From NCBI GenBank assembly GCA_034522655.1, contig JAXHLD010000032.1, forward strand, positions 10,530-74,529: a stretch of DNA of 64,000 nt. Direction: 5' to 3'. Position 1 is the first letter of the stretch; each line of letters begins with the position of its first letter. Shown here piece by piece: positions 28,155 through 38,155 of the stretch. A program made the position numbers and the translations under genes. The notes below the pieces were generated by a model that ran no database searches, was not told where the DNA came from, and worked only from the letters and a program-made list of their open reading frames with translations. This DNA is from Burkholderiaceae bacterium. Lineage in GTDB: Bacteria > Pseudomonadota > Gammaproteobacteria > Burkholderiales > Burkholderiaceae_F.

Positions 28155-28222
28155 AGGGGCTGAGCGGGCGCGGAGGGTCGCTTCCGGATCGGGCAGAGAA
28201 GGGGCGCTGAGCCGCGCCCAGT

Positions 28223-29930
28223 TCAGCCGAACAGGTTCTCGTCAGTGATCGCGCCCTTGCTCGCGGTCGACACCAGCTTCGCGTACTTCGCGAGCACCCC
28301 GCGCGTGTAGCGCGGCGTCGGCTGCTTCCACGCTGCGCGGCGCCGCGCAGCGAGCTCCGCCTCGGCGACGTTCAGCTGGATCAGGAGCTGGTGCGCGTCG
28401 ATGGTGATCGAGTCGCCTTCCTTGACCAGCGCGATCGTGCCGCCCTCGTAGGCCTCCGGCGCCACGTGGCCGACGACCATGCCCCAGGTGCCGCCCGAGA
28501 AGCGCCCGTCGGTGATCAGGCCCACGGATTCGCCCAGCCCCTTGCCGATGAGCGCCGAGGTGGGCGCGAGCATCTCGCGCATGCCGGGGCCGCCCTTCGG
28601 GCCCTCGTAGCGCAGCACGACCACGTCGCCCGCCTTGATGCGGTCGGCGAGGATCGCGTCCATGAGGTCGGGCTCGGAGTCGAACACGCGCGCCGGGCCG
28701 GTGATGACCGGGTTCTTGAGGCCGGTGATCTTGGCCACGCAGCCCTCGGGCGCGAGGTTGCCCTTGAGGATCGCGAGGTGCCCCTGCGCGTACATCGGGT
28801 TCGACCACGGGCGGATCACGTCCTGGTCCTTGCGCGGCTCGGCCGGGATGTCCGCGAGCACCTCCGCGATCGTCTGGCCGGTGATGGTCATGCAGTCGCC
28901 GTGCAGCAGGCCGTGCTCGAGCAGCATCTTCAGCACCTGCGGCACGCCGCCGGCGCGGTGGAAGTCGGTGGCGACGTAGCGCCCGACGGCTTCAGGTCGC
29001 ACAGCACCGGCACCTTGCGGCGCACGCGCTCGAAGTCGTCGATGGTCCACTCGACCTCGGCGGCGTGGGCGATGGCGAGGAAGTGCAGCACCGCGTTGGT
29101 GGAGCCGCCCACCGCCATGATGACGCTGACCGCGTTCTCGATCGACTTGCGGGTGATGATGTCGCGCGTCTTCAGGCCCCGCTTCACCGCCGCCACCAGC
29201 ACGCGCGCGCTCTCCTCGGCGCTCGCGACCTTCTCCGCGTCCTCGTTGGCCATGGTCGAGGAGTCCGAGCAGGCTCATGCCCAGCGCCTCGAAGGCGGAG
29301 CTCATCGTGTTGGCGGTGTACATGCCGCCGCAGGCGCCGGTGCCGGGCAGGGCGCAGCGCTCGATGCAATCGAAGTCCTCGCGGCTCATCTTGCCGGCGG
29401 TGAACGCGCCCACCGCCTCGAACGCCGAGACGATGGTGCAGGTCCTGGCCCTTGTAGTGGCCGGGCTTGACGGTGCCGCCGTAGACATAGATCGCCGGCA
29501 CGTTCATGCGCGCGATCGCCATCATGCCGCCGGGCATGTTCTTGTCGCAGCCGCCGATGACGAGCACGCCGTCCATGCACTGGCTCTGACGGCGGTCTCG
29601 ATGGAGTCGGCGATCACCTCGCGCGAGACCAGCGAGTACTTCATGCCCTCGGTGCCCATGCAGATGCCGTCGGTGACGGTCGGCACGCCGAACACCTGCG
29701 GCATGCGCGCCGGCTTCGCGAGCGCCGCCATCGGCGGCATCGGCCAGCGGCTGGATGCCGGCGTTGCAGGGGTTCATGGTCGAGTGGCCGTTGGCCACGC
29801 CGACGATCGGCTTGTCGAAATCGCCGTCCTTGAAGCCGATGGCGCGCAGCATCGCGCGGTTGGGCGAGCGCGCCACGCCCTGGGTGATGGCTGTGGAGCG
29901 GATTGTTGGTTATGGCGTGTCGTTCTCGGA
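28223..29930 (-). pseudogene. ilvD: dihydroxy-acid dehydratase, multiply frameshifted as assembled; start codon not identifiable
   Basis: Near-perfect IlvD blocks are spread over three frames: [113 protein letters not shown]...GGSTNAVLH, and [11 protein letters not shown]...[20 protein letters not shown] count at least five frame switches. Confidence 0.88.
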
Positions 29931-29979
29931 TGCTGCGTGGTGCCTCCCGATCGACTCCCGATTCTAGTCGCGAGCCTCC

Positions 29980-30797
29980 ATGACCCCTGACGTGCTGGTC
30001 CATCCGCAGTTCGATCCGATCGCGCTTTCCCTCGGCCCGGTGGCCGTGCGCTGGTACGGCCTGATGTATCTGCGTCGCCTTCGTCGCCTGTTCGTGATTC
30101 TGGGCGGGTAGCGCGCGCGCGAGGCCTCGGCACCGGCATGAACAAGCAGGACGTCGACGACCTGCTGTTCTACGGCGTGCTCGGCGTGATCCTCGGCGGG
30201 CGGCTCGGCTACGTGCTGTTCTACAAGCCCGGCTACTACCTCGCGCACCCGCTCGAGGCGCTGATGCTGTGGAAGGGTGGCATGGCCTCGCACGGCGGCA
30301 TCGTCGGCGTGATCGCCGTGATGTGGTTGTGGTCGCGCGCGCGCGCCAAGCTGCGCTGGCTCGACGACTGACCGACTTCGTGGTGCCGCTGGTGCCGCTC
30401 GGGCTTGCAGCAGGCCGCATCGGCAACTTCATCAACGGCGAGCTGCTGGGGCCGCGCGCCATCCGACCTGTGCCTGGGGCGATGGTGTTCCCGCAGGCGC
30501 GATCGCGGCGTCCCGCGCCATCCGTCGCAGCTGTATCAATTCGCGCTCGAAGGCGTGCTGCTGTTCGTGATCCTCTGGCTCTACTCGCGCAAGCAGCGCA
30601 CGCCGGGGCAGGTGGGCTGCATGTTCCTGATCGGCTACGGCGTGCTGCGTTTCATCGCGGAGTTCGCGCGCGAGCCCGATACCTTCCTCGGCCTGCTGGC
30701 TTTCCAGCTCAGCATGGGCCAGTGGCTGTCGCTGCCGATGATCCTGGCCGGGGTCGGACTGATGGCCTGGTTCAGCCGCGTCCCGCGCGCGCCCTGA
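29980..30797 (+). pseudogene. lgt: prolipoprotein diacylglyceryl transferase, multiply frameshifted as assembled
   Basis: [31 protein letters not shown], then [30 protein letters not shown]...GGMASHGG, then [28 protein letters not shown], then [18 protein letters not shown]...[10 protein letters not shown]. These sit in alternating frames, with at least five switches. Confidence 0.88.
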
Positions 30798-31064
30798 GCG
30801 GCGCACGCACGCCGCCGGGGGCGTGGTTCGGCCGCAACGCGGCTGGTGATTCGTCGGGCAAGGGCTAGCGCCAGTCCTACGGACTGATGGTGAACTATCT
30901 GTACGATCCGGCGCGTCTAAACCGTAATCGCGTGCAACTCTTGCGCGGGCGCCCCGCGGTCGGGTCGAGCCGCGCACGCGCCGCGCCGGCGTGCCGGTTG
31001 GTCCGACGCCAGTTCGTCGCAGTTCAGACCACAAGCCCGAACGGGCGTACACAAGGAGATAACG

Positions 31065-32048
31065 ATGGATCGCCGCCATATCGTGCGGGCCCTGCTGGTG
31101 TCGACTGCCGCACTGGCCGCTGCAATTCCCGCCCTGTCCCAGGCCCAGGCCTGGCCAAACAAGCCGGTGACCCTGATCGTGCCGTTCCCGCCGGGCGGCG
31201 GCACCGACGCCTTTGCGCGGCCGCTGTCGGCCCAGCTTTCGAAGCAGCTCGGCAAGCAGGTCATCATCGACAACCGCGGCGGCGCCGGTGGCACGGTCGG
31301 GGCCGCGCTGGCGGCCAAGGCCGCTCCCGACGGCTACACGTTCTTCATCGGCGCCGTGCATCACGCGATCGCCCCGAGCTTCTATCCGAAGCTCGACTAC
31401 GACATCGAGAAGGACCTGATCCCGATGACCACGATCGCCAGCCCGCCGCAGGTGATCGTGGTCAATCCGAACCGGGTGCAGGCGACCGACCTCAAAGGGC
31501 TCCTGGAGCACATGCGCAAGAACCCGGGCAAGATGAACTACGGGTCGGCCGGCAATGGCACCTCGCATCATCTGGCCGGCGAACTGTTCAAGCAGCTGTC
31601 GAAGACCTTCGTCGTCCACATCCCGTACCGCGGCGCCGGCCCGGCGCTGCAGGACCTGATTGCCGGCAACGTCGACATGATGTTCGACGGTCTTGGCTCG
31701 TCGGCGCAGCACATCCGCTCGAACCGGATCCGCGCGATCGCGGTGGCCGCGCCCAAGCGCGTGCCGGCCTTCCCCAACCTGCCCACCGCCGCCGAGGCGG
31801 GGCTGCCTGGCTATGAAGTGGCGACCTGGTACGGCATCTGGGCGGTGAAAGGCACGCCCAAGGAAATCGTCGATCGGATGTACGACGAGGTGGTCAAGGC
31901 GATCAACTCGCCGGAACTGCGCGAGAGCTGGGCCAACAACGGCTCCGAGACCGGCGTGATGACGCAGGCTGACTTCGCCCGGTTCCTGAACAGCGAGATC
32001 AAGCGCTGGGCCCAGGTCACCAAGGTCAGCGGCGCCAAGCTCGACTGA
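31065..32048 (+). CDS. Bug-family (TctC-like) tripartite tricarboxylate transporter substrate-binding protein
   Basis: 327 aa with a strong SD (aaggaga), a Tat/Sec-like signal, WPNKPVTLIVPFPPGGGTDAFARPL, and NYGSAGNGTSHHLAGELF. Confidence 0.9.
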   Translation: MDRRHIVRALLVSTAALAAAIPALSQAQAWPNKPVTLIVPFPPGGGTDAFARPLSAQLSKQLGKQVIIDNRGGAGGTVGAALAAKAAPDGYTFFIGAVHHAIAPSFYPKLDYDIEKDLIPMTTIASPPQVIVVNPNRVQATDLKGLLEHMRKNPGKMNYGSAGNGTSHHLAGELFKQLSKTFVVHIPYRGAGPALQDLIAGNVDMMFDGLGSSAQHIRSNRIRAIAVAAPKRVPAFPNLPTAAEAGLPGYEVATWYGIWAVKGTPKEIVDRMYDEVVKAINSPELRESWANNGSETGVMTQADFARFLNSEIKRWAQVTKVSGAKLD

Positions 32049-32083
32049 CCGATGTCCGGCCCGGCGCGCGCGCCGGGTGCCGC

Positions 32084-32860
32084 ATGCCGATCCAGCTTGC
32101 CATCGAAGCGGCCGTCGCGCGCGTGACGCTCGACGCGCCGGCGCGCCTGAACGCGCTCGACGTGGCCATGTGGCGCGCGCTGCGTGCCGCCTTCGAGACG
32201 CTGGCGGCGCGCGACGACGTACATTGCATCGTGCTGCGTGGCGCCAGCGGCAATTTCGCCGCCGGTGCCGACATCGCCGAGTTCCCGCGCGAGCGCTTCG
32301 ACCGCGACTCCGGCCGGCGCTATCACCTCGATCTGATCGCGCCTGCGCTGGCCGCGATCCGGGAGGTGCCGCAGCCGGTCGTAGCGGCGATCGAAGGTGC
32401 TTGCGTCGGTGGCGGCTTCGAAATCGCCAGCGTGTGCGACATCCGCATCGCGGCGGCCGGGGCGCGGCTGGGGGCGCCGGTGGGCAAGCTCGGCTTTCCG
32501 CTCGCGCTGCCCGAGCTGGCGCCGGTGCTGCAACTGATCGGGCCGGCCCTGGCCGCCGACCTGCTGCTGACCGGACGTCTGCTCGATGCCAGCGAGGCGC
32601 TGGCACGAGGCCTGGTGCAGCGGGTGGTCGACGCCGATTTCTTCGAGACAGCGCTGGCCGAGACGGTGGCGGCGATCGGGGCCGGCTCGCCGCTGGCGGC
32701 GCGCCTGAACAAGCGCAACCTGCGCATGCTGGTGGCACAGGGCGGCAGCTACACCGCGGCGCAACTGGAAGCGAGCTTCGCGTTCTTCGAGTCGGCTGAC
32801 TACACCGAGGGTCTGCGTGCCTTCCTCGAGCGGCGCACGCCGGATTTCCGCGGCCGCTGA
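32084..32860 (+). CDS. enoyl-CoA hydratase/isomerase (crotonase) family protein
   Basis: 258 aa with VLRGASGNFAAGADIAEF and AAIEGACVGGGFEIASVCDIRIA, which form the oxyanion-hole motifs. Confidence 0.85.
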   Translation: MPIQLAIEAAVARVTLDAPARLNALDVAMWRALRAAFETLAARDDVHCIVLRGASGNFAAGADIAEFPRERFDRDSGRRYHLDLIAPALAAIREVPQPVVAAIEGACVGGGFEIASVCDIRIAAAGARLGAPVGKLGFPLALPELAPVLQLIGPALAADLLLTGRLLDASEALARGLVQRVVDADFFETALAETVAAIGAGSPLAARLNKRNLRMLVAQGGSYTAAQLEASFAFFESADYTEGLRAFLERRTPDFRGR

Positions 32861-32964
32861 ATGCGCCACTGCAAAAGCCGCGAGTTCTTGCAAGAATCTC
32901 GATCCCCTTCCTTTCCGCCCCACGGCGCCCCGGTGGACTCGGCGATCGCCACGGGCGCGCGCGG

Positions 32965-34569
32965 ATGCCGATGATGAAGAACAAGAATTTCTATGCTCTG
33001 GTCGAGTCGCGGCTGCCGCGCGACCTCGACAGTGCCTGCATCGAGACCCAGGAGGGCCGTCTCTACTCGTGGCGCGACATGCATCGCGCCAGCGCGCGCA
33101 TCGCCGGCTGGCTCGCGAGCCTGGGTTTGGCCGCTGGCGCCGATGGCCAACCGCCGCGCGTGGCGGTGCAGGTGGAGAAGTCGCCCGAAGCGCTGATGCT
33201 GTACCTGGCCACGTTGCGCGCCGGGCTGGCCTATGTGCCGCTGAACACGGCTTACCAGCGGGCCGAGATCGACTACTTCCTGCGCGATGCGCAGCCGGCG
33301 GTCTTCGTCTGCACACCGCAGCGCGCGGCCGATCTCGCGCCGCTGGCGCAGGCGGCCGGCGTGGCGCATGTCGTGACGCTCGGCGAACACATCGACGGCA
33401 CCCTGCTGGCCGCCGCCGCGCCGTTCGCCGACGCGTTTGCCACCGTCGCCCGGCGCGCGGAAGACCTGGCCGCGATCCTCTACACCTCGGGGACCACCGG
33501 CCGCAGCAAGGGCGCGATGCTCAGCCACGGCAACCTCGCCGCCAACGCGCTCGTGCTCGACGAGTTCTGGGGATTCAAGGAGGAACGCGACGCCGGTGAC
33601 CAGGACGTGCTGCTGCACGCGCTGCCGCTGTTCCATGTGCACGGCCTGTTCGTTGCGTCACATGCGGCATTGCTGGCTGGCGCGAAGATGATCTTCCTGC
33701 CGAAGTTCGACGCCGGCGAGGTGATCCGCCGGCTGCCCAAGTCGACCGTGTTCATGGGTGTGCCGACCTACTACGTGCGCCTGCTGGCCGATCCGAAATT
33801 CGATCGGCACGCCTGCCGCAACATGCGGTTGTTCGTCTCCGGCTCGGCGCCGCTGCTGATGGAGACCTTCACCGAGTTCCAGCGCCGCACCGGACAGACG
33901 ATCCTCGAGCGCTACGGGATGTCGGAGACACTGATGCTGGTGTCCAACCCGTACTTCGGCATCGCAGTGCGCGAACGGCTTGGCGGCACGGTCGGCGTGC
34001 CGCTGCCGGGCGTGGCGGTGCGGGTGGTCAATGACGACGGCTCCAAGTGCGCGTTGGGCGAGATCGGCAACGTGCAGGTGCGCGGACCGAACGTGTTCTC
34101 CGGCTACTGGCGCATGCCGGAGAAGACCGCCGAGGAGTTCACCGCCGATGGCTTCTTCAAGACCGGCGACGTCGGCTACTTCGGTGCCAGCACGCCGGCC
34201 GCAGGCCGACCCGACCCGTACCTGACCCTGGTCGGGCGCAGCAAGGATCTGATCATTTCCGGCGGCTACAACGTGTACCCGAAGGAGATCGAGAGCTACA
34301 TCGACGAGATGCCGGGCGTGGTGGAAAGCGCGGTGATCGGCCTGCCGCACGCCGACTTCGGCGAGGCGGTGGCCGCGGTGGTGGTGGCGCAAGGCCCGGC
34401 GGCGCCGGACGGCGCGCAGATCGCGGCCCGGCTCAAGGGGCAGATCGCCAATTACAAGGTGCCCAAGCGCGTGTGGGTGGTGGCCGAGCTGCCGCGCAAT
34501 TCGATGGGCAAGGTGCAGAAGAACGTGCTGCGTCAGCGCTATGCCGAGGCGTTCAAGGCCGGCAACTGA
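32965..34569 (+). CDS. matB: malonyl-CoA synthetase-like AMP-forming acyl-CoA ligase
   Basis: 534 aa. It is collinear, from my memory of rhizobial MatB, with VAVQVEKSPEALMLYLA, LNTAYQRAEIDYF, ILYTSGTTGRSKGAMLSHGNL, GYWRMPEKTAEEFTADGFFKTGD, ISGGYNVYPKEIE and PRNSMGKVQKNVLR. Confidence 0.8.
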   Translation: MPMMKNKNFYALVESRLPRDLDSACIETQEGRLYSWRDMHRASARIAGWLASLGLAAGADGQPPRVAVQVEKSPEALMLYLATLRAGLAYVPLNTAYQRAEIDYFLRDAQPAVFVCTPQRAADLAPLAQAAGVAHVVTLGEHIDGTLLAAAAPFADAFATVARRAEDLAAILYTSGTTGRSKGAMLSHGNLAANALVLDEFWGFKEERDAGDQDVLLHALPLFHVHGLFVASHAALLAGAKMIFLPKFDAGEVIRRLPKSTVFMGVPTYYVRLLADPKFDRHACRNMRLFVSGSAPLLMETFTEFQRRTGQTILERYGMSETLMLVSNPYFGIAVRERLGGTVGVPLPGVAVRVVNDDGSKCALGEIGNVQVRGPNVFSGYWRMPEKTAEEFTADGFFKTGDVGYFGASTPAAGRPDPYLTLVGRSKDLIISGGYNVYPKEIESYIDEMPGVVESAVIGLPHADFGEAVAAVVVAQGPAAPDGAQIAARLKGQIANYKVPKRVWVVAELPRNSMGKVQKNVLRQRYAEAFKAGN

Positions 34570-34725
34570 AGGCAGGCCGGCCCTCGCGCCGTGCCCGATG
34601 CGCTGGGGTCGACGCGCCGAAACCGGCGACGCGCAGCGGGCCTAACCGATCTGGTCCGCGCAGCGGCGGGCGGCAGGCTGCCTGCGCCGCCTCGCCGCCC
34701 GCCGCTGCCGGCCGATGACCGCGGC

Positions 34726-35406
34726 TCAGTGGCCGCCGGTCGTGAATGCAGGGCGCCCGAGTATCGAGCGGATGAAGTCGGCCTTGCCGACCGCATACAT
34801 CAATGGCCGACCCTGAGTCTGGCGCGCAAGTTCGCGCTTGAGGGCGGCATAGGTGGTCGCCAAGTCGGGGTCGAGGCGCAGCATGTCGCGGAACATCAGC
34901 AGCCGATGCCAGGCGTCGCCGAACGCGGTGACCACGTGCACGTGGTGGGTCCGCACGCCGCGCACGGTGCGCATCAGCACCCGCCGGTCGGTGGCCATGT
35001 ACTCGGGCGCGCTCATCAACCGATAACCGAAGTTCGACAGGCGCTCGGCGTGAGCGTCGACGGCGGTCGGATCGGCTACCCCCAGCGCCATGTCGATGAC
35101 CGGCACCGCGGCCAGGCCCGGCACGGCCGTGCTGCCGACATGCTCGATGACCGGCGTCAGCGTCGCCAGCGCCACGCGCAGCACTTCCGCCTCGACCCGG
35201 AAGCGCGCCGACCAAGCCGGGTGGTAGGGGGCGATCTCGGAGGCCGCCTCGACCGCGGTGCCCGGGCGCAGAGCGACCTGCTGGTCCTTGCGCGGCGGCG
35301 GTGCCGATGTGGCCGGCGGTCCGGCGCGCGATGCGGCGCGGGACGCGGCGAGTGATGCGGCCCCGCTGCGGGCAGCAGGGCGGGTGGCGCGTTCGATGGT
35401 GTGCAC
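34726..35406 (-). CDS. GrpB family protein (UPF0157)
   Basis: IEHVGSTAVPGLAAVPVIDM and HHVHVV...HRLLMFRDMLR...YAALKRELA. The start was chosen at GTG 35406 (VHTIERAT). The longer ORF to 35529 is possible. Confidence 0.7.
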   Translation of the reverse strand: MHTIERATRPAARSGAASLAASRAASRAGPPATSAPPPRKDQQVALRPGTAVEAASEIAPYHPAWSARFRVEAEVLRVALATLTPVIEHVGSTAVPGLAAVPVIDMALGVADPTAVDAHAERLSNFGYRLMSAPEYMATDRRVLMRTVRGVRTHHVHVVTAFGDAWHRLLMFRDMLRLDPDLATTYAALKRELARQTQGRPLMYAVGKADFIRSILGRPAFTTGGH

Positions 35407-35642
35407 GGCGTGTCCTCGGCAGCGAGTCGTTCGGGTCGAGGACAGTGTCGCTGCCGCGCGCCTCGTGTGCAGCCGAGGATTCACATGCAGGGGCGCTGAA
35501 CATTCGCCACGGTTGCAACCCAGCGACACCGGTTCGCGCAGCGGCTGGGCCGCGCAGCGAAAGAAAAAGGCGCGGTGCCGATGCCCCGCGCCCTTCGGTC
35601 CAGCTCTTGCGCGGGGCGTACCCAGACACCGCGCGCCGGCGA

Positions 35643-36281
35643 CTACCAGCGCGCAGGCGGCTTGCGGTTGATGGTGATGATGCGGTCGACCACGGTGACG
35701 TAGCCGCCGATGGTCAGGTCCTTGAAGATGCGGCTGATCATGTCGCGCGAGGCGCCGACGCGGTCGGCGATGTCCTGCTGCGTCATGCGCTCCGGCACCA
35801 CCAGCTTACCGTCAGGCTGCTCCTTGGCGATCGACAGCAGCAGCCGCGCGACGCGGCCGTAGACGTCCATCAGCGCCAGGTTCTTCACGTTGTCCGTGGC
35901 GATGCGGGCGCGCTCGATCAGAGTGCCGATCAGGGCCATCGCGACGTCGGCGTTGGCCACGATCGCCGCGCGCAGTGCATCGCGCGTGACCACCGAGCAG
36001 CTGGTCGGCTCGAGCGTCATCACCGAGGCCGAGCGCGGACGGCCGTCGAGCGCCATCTCGCCGACGTAGTCGCCCGGGCCGTACTGGTCAAGGATCATCT
36101 CGCGGCCGTCGTCGTCGGAGACGTAGACCTTGACCCTGCCGGAGAGGATCACGAACAGCGAGTCGCCGCGGTCGCCTTCGTTGATGATCACGGTGTTCTT
36201 GGGAAAACTGCGCACGGCGCCGCGGCTGGCGAGTTCGCGCACCATCGGGTCGGTGATCGCGGCAATCAGTTCGCTGGACAT
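35643..36281 (-). CDS. Crp/Fnr family transcriptional regulator
   Basis: From MSSELIA (ATG 36281): a cNMP-binding-like fold (FPKNTVIINEGDRGDSLFVILSGRVKV...GEMAL) and a C-terminal HTH (MTQQDIADRVGASRDMISRIFKDL). Confidence 0.88.
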   Translation of the reverse strand: MSSELIAAITDPMVRELASRGAVRSFPKNTVIINEGDRGDSLFVILSGRVKVYVSDDDGREMILDQYGPGDYVGEMALDGRPRSASVMTLEPTSCSVVTRDALRAAIVANADVAMALIGTLIERARIATDNVKNLALMDVYGRVARLLLSIAKEQPDGKLVVPERMTQQDIADRVGASRDMISRIFKDLTIGGYVTVVDRIITINRKPPARW

Positions 36282-36494
36282 GATGCAATGGCCTCGTGGT
36301 CGATGGAAGGCTGCCGGTGGCCGCCGCGCCGCGCGTGGGCCGGCATCACGCGCTGACGCGAAGTTTGCGCCCGTCGGCGGCGGCTGTGGCGATTTGCTCA
36401 AGTGAATCTTCGGCACGCTGCGCCGAATGCCACACGGCTCGGCCGGTCGCGTCGACCGGCCGAGCCGTGGCCCGAGTGGCAGCGCCGACTCGCC

Positions 36495-37847
36495 TTATTG
36501 CGCGGTGCGTTCGAACGCGCGCAGCAGTGCATTGCCGCGGCGCTGGGCATTGTGCAGCGCCTCGCTGGCGCCCTGCTTGCCCTGCAGCGCCTTCTCCACT
36601 TCCTCGTGGTAGGCGTCGCGGATCTCGGTCCAGCGGCCGAAGCGGTAGCCGCTGGTGTTCTCGCCGGTGGGCATGCTGGTGAGCGACAGGATCGGCACGT
36701 CGCGGCCCGGGTTCTTGGCGAAGAAGCCCTCGTCCTGCATTGCCTTGAACGAGGCCGTGGTGGCCGGCAGGAAGCCGGTCTGCTTGGCCCAGTCGCTCAT
36801 CACCGGCGTCGAACGCAGGTAATTCAGGAACTGCGCCACGCCGCGGTACTCGGCAGCCGAGCGGTTGGGGGCGTTGAACACCCACAGCGACGCGCCGCCG
36901 ATGGTGGTGGCAAACGGCGCGCCCTTGACGTCCGGCCAGAAGGGCAGCGGCGCGGTGCCAAAGGCGAACTTGGCGTCGCGCGCGATCGCCCCCAGGCCGC
37001 CCGAGCTCTGGGTCAGCATGGCGCACTCGCCGCTGATGAACTTGGCGGCGGCGTCGTTGCTGCGGCCGCCATAGTCGAAGCTCTTGTCCTTCTGCATGTC
37101 GACCAGCGTCTGCACCATGCGCTGGTGCAGCGGCGTGTTGAAGTTCAACTCGGCATTCAGCCCGGCGCGGCCGTTGCCCTGCGTGCCCAGCGGCAGGTTG
37201 TGCCGCGAACTGAACTGCTCGAGCATGATCCAGGCGAGCCAGGTGGTCGTGTAACCGCAGGCGGCTGCATTGGTCTTGCGGATTTGCTGCGCGGCCTTAA
37301 TGAGTTCCGGCCAGGTGCGTGGCGGCTTCTCCGGGTCGAGCCCTGCCTTCTTGAAGATGTCCTTGTTGAAGAACAGGACCGTGGTCGACACGTTGAACGG
37401 CATCGACAGCAGGTCGCCGCTGGGCAGGCCGTAATAGCCGCGCGCGGGGGCGATGAAGTCGGCCGGGTCGAACTGCAGTCCGGCGCGCTTGAACACCTCG
37501 CTCACCGGCACGATCGCGTTGCGGGCGCTCATCATGTCGCCGCTGCCGGCGTCGAACATCTGCAAGATGTGAGGCGGATTGCCGGCACGGAAGGCGGCCA
37601 CGGCGGCGGCGCGCTGCTCCGGATACTGGCCCTTGAACGAGACGACGACCTTGTAGTCGCTTTGCGTCTTGCTGAAGTCTTGGCCGTACTTCTGCAGCAG
37701 TTCGCCGCCGAGGCCCGTGAGGCCCATCCAGAACTGGATTTCGATCGGCGCGCCCTTGGGCTGGGCGCTGACCGGCTGCGGCGCGGCGGCAGTTGCCGCC
37801 AGGCAGAGCGCGATCGCGCTGGCGATCCATGTCCTGCGCAGAGTCAT
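36495..37847 (-). CDS. ugpB: sn-glycerol-3-phosphate-type ABC transporter substrate-binding protein
   Basis: 450 aa with a signal peptide, then IEIQFWMGLTGLGGELL...PHILQMFDAGSGDMM...TTIGGASLWV, a UgpB-like family-1 SBP pattern. Confidence 0.8.
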   Translation of the reverse strand: MTLRRTWIASAIALCLAATAAAPQPVSAQPKGAPIEIQFWMGLTGLGGELLQKYGQDFSKTQSDYKVVVSFKGQYPEQRAAAVAAFRAGNPPHILQMFDAGSGDMMSARNAIVPVSEVFKRAGLQFDPADFIAPARGYYGLPSGDLLSMPFNVSTTVLFFNKDIFKKAGLDPEKPPRTWPELIKAAQQIRKTNAAACGYTTTWLAWIMLEQFSSRHNLPLGTQGNGRAGLNAELNFNTPLHQRMVQTLVDMQKDKSFDYGGRSNDAAAKFISGECAMLTQSSGGLGAIARDAKFAFGTAPLPFWPDVKGAPFATTIGGASLWVFNAPNRSAAEYRGVAQFLNYLRSTPVMSDWAKQTGFLPATTASFKAMQDEGFFAKNPGRDVPILSLTSMPTGENTSGYRFGRWTEIRDAYHEEVEKALQGKQGASEALHNAQRRGNALLRAFERTAQ

Positions 37848-38155
37848 CTTGTTTCTCCTTGGAGGGGTGTTGCGTGGCGCGCCGGCACCTACGTGCGTGC
37901 TCTAACGCGGTGCGGCGCGTGCATCCTAGCGCCGCGCCGTCATTCGACCACGGGGGATCGCCCTGAGCGGCGCGGGCCGCCGGGTCCGGCGCCGCGACTG
38001 CGCCGGCCGCCGAGCCAATGGCCGAGCAAGCAGCCCGGCGCGGCGCAGTGTCATGCCGAACAGTGACGCGCACGTTACGATGCGCCCGCGTTCACGCCCG
38101 GCTCGCCTTTCATCGGCGACGTTCGCGGCGACTGGACGCCTTCGGCGGACTCCCC

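Noticed and set aside
21954-30797. The idea that the frameshift patches reflect programmed frameshifting or a hypermutation/diversity-generating mechanism.
   Set aside because: The indels are not at slippery heptamers and are scattered irregularly. They hit unrelated housekeeping genes on both strands, and I see no reverse transcriptase or template repeat. Sequencing or assembly error, or simple decay, is far more parsimonious.
34640-34700. An 11-bp GC palindrome (gcggcgggcgg...ccgcccgccgc) after matB, as a possible terminator.
   Set aside because: There is no T-tract on either strand and the loop is long (~21 nt). It may still act as a Rho-dependent or mRNA-stabilising hairpin, but the support is too weak to annotate.
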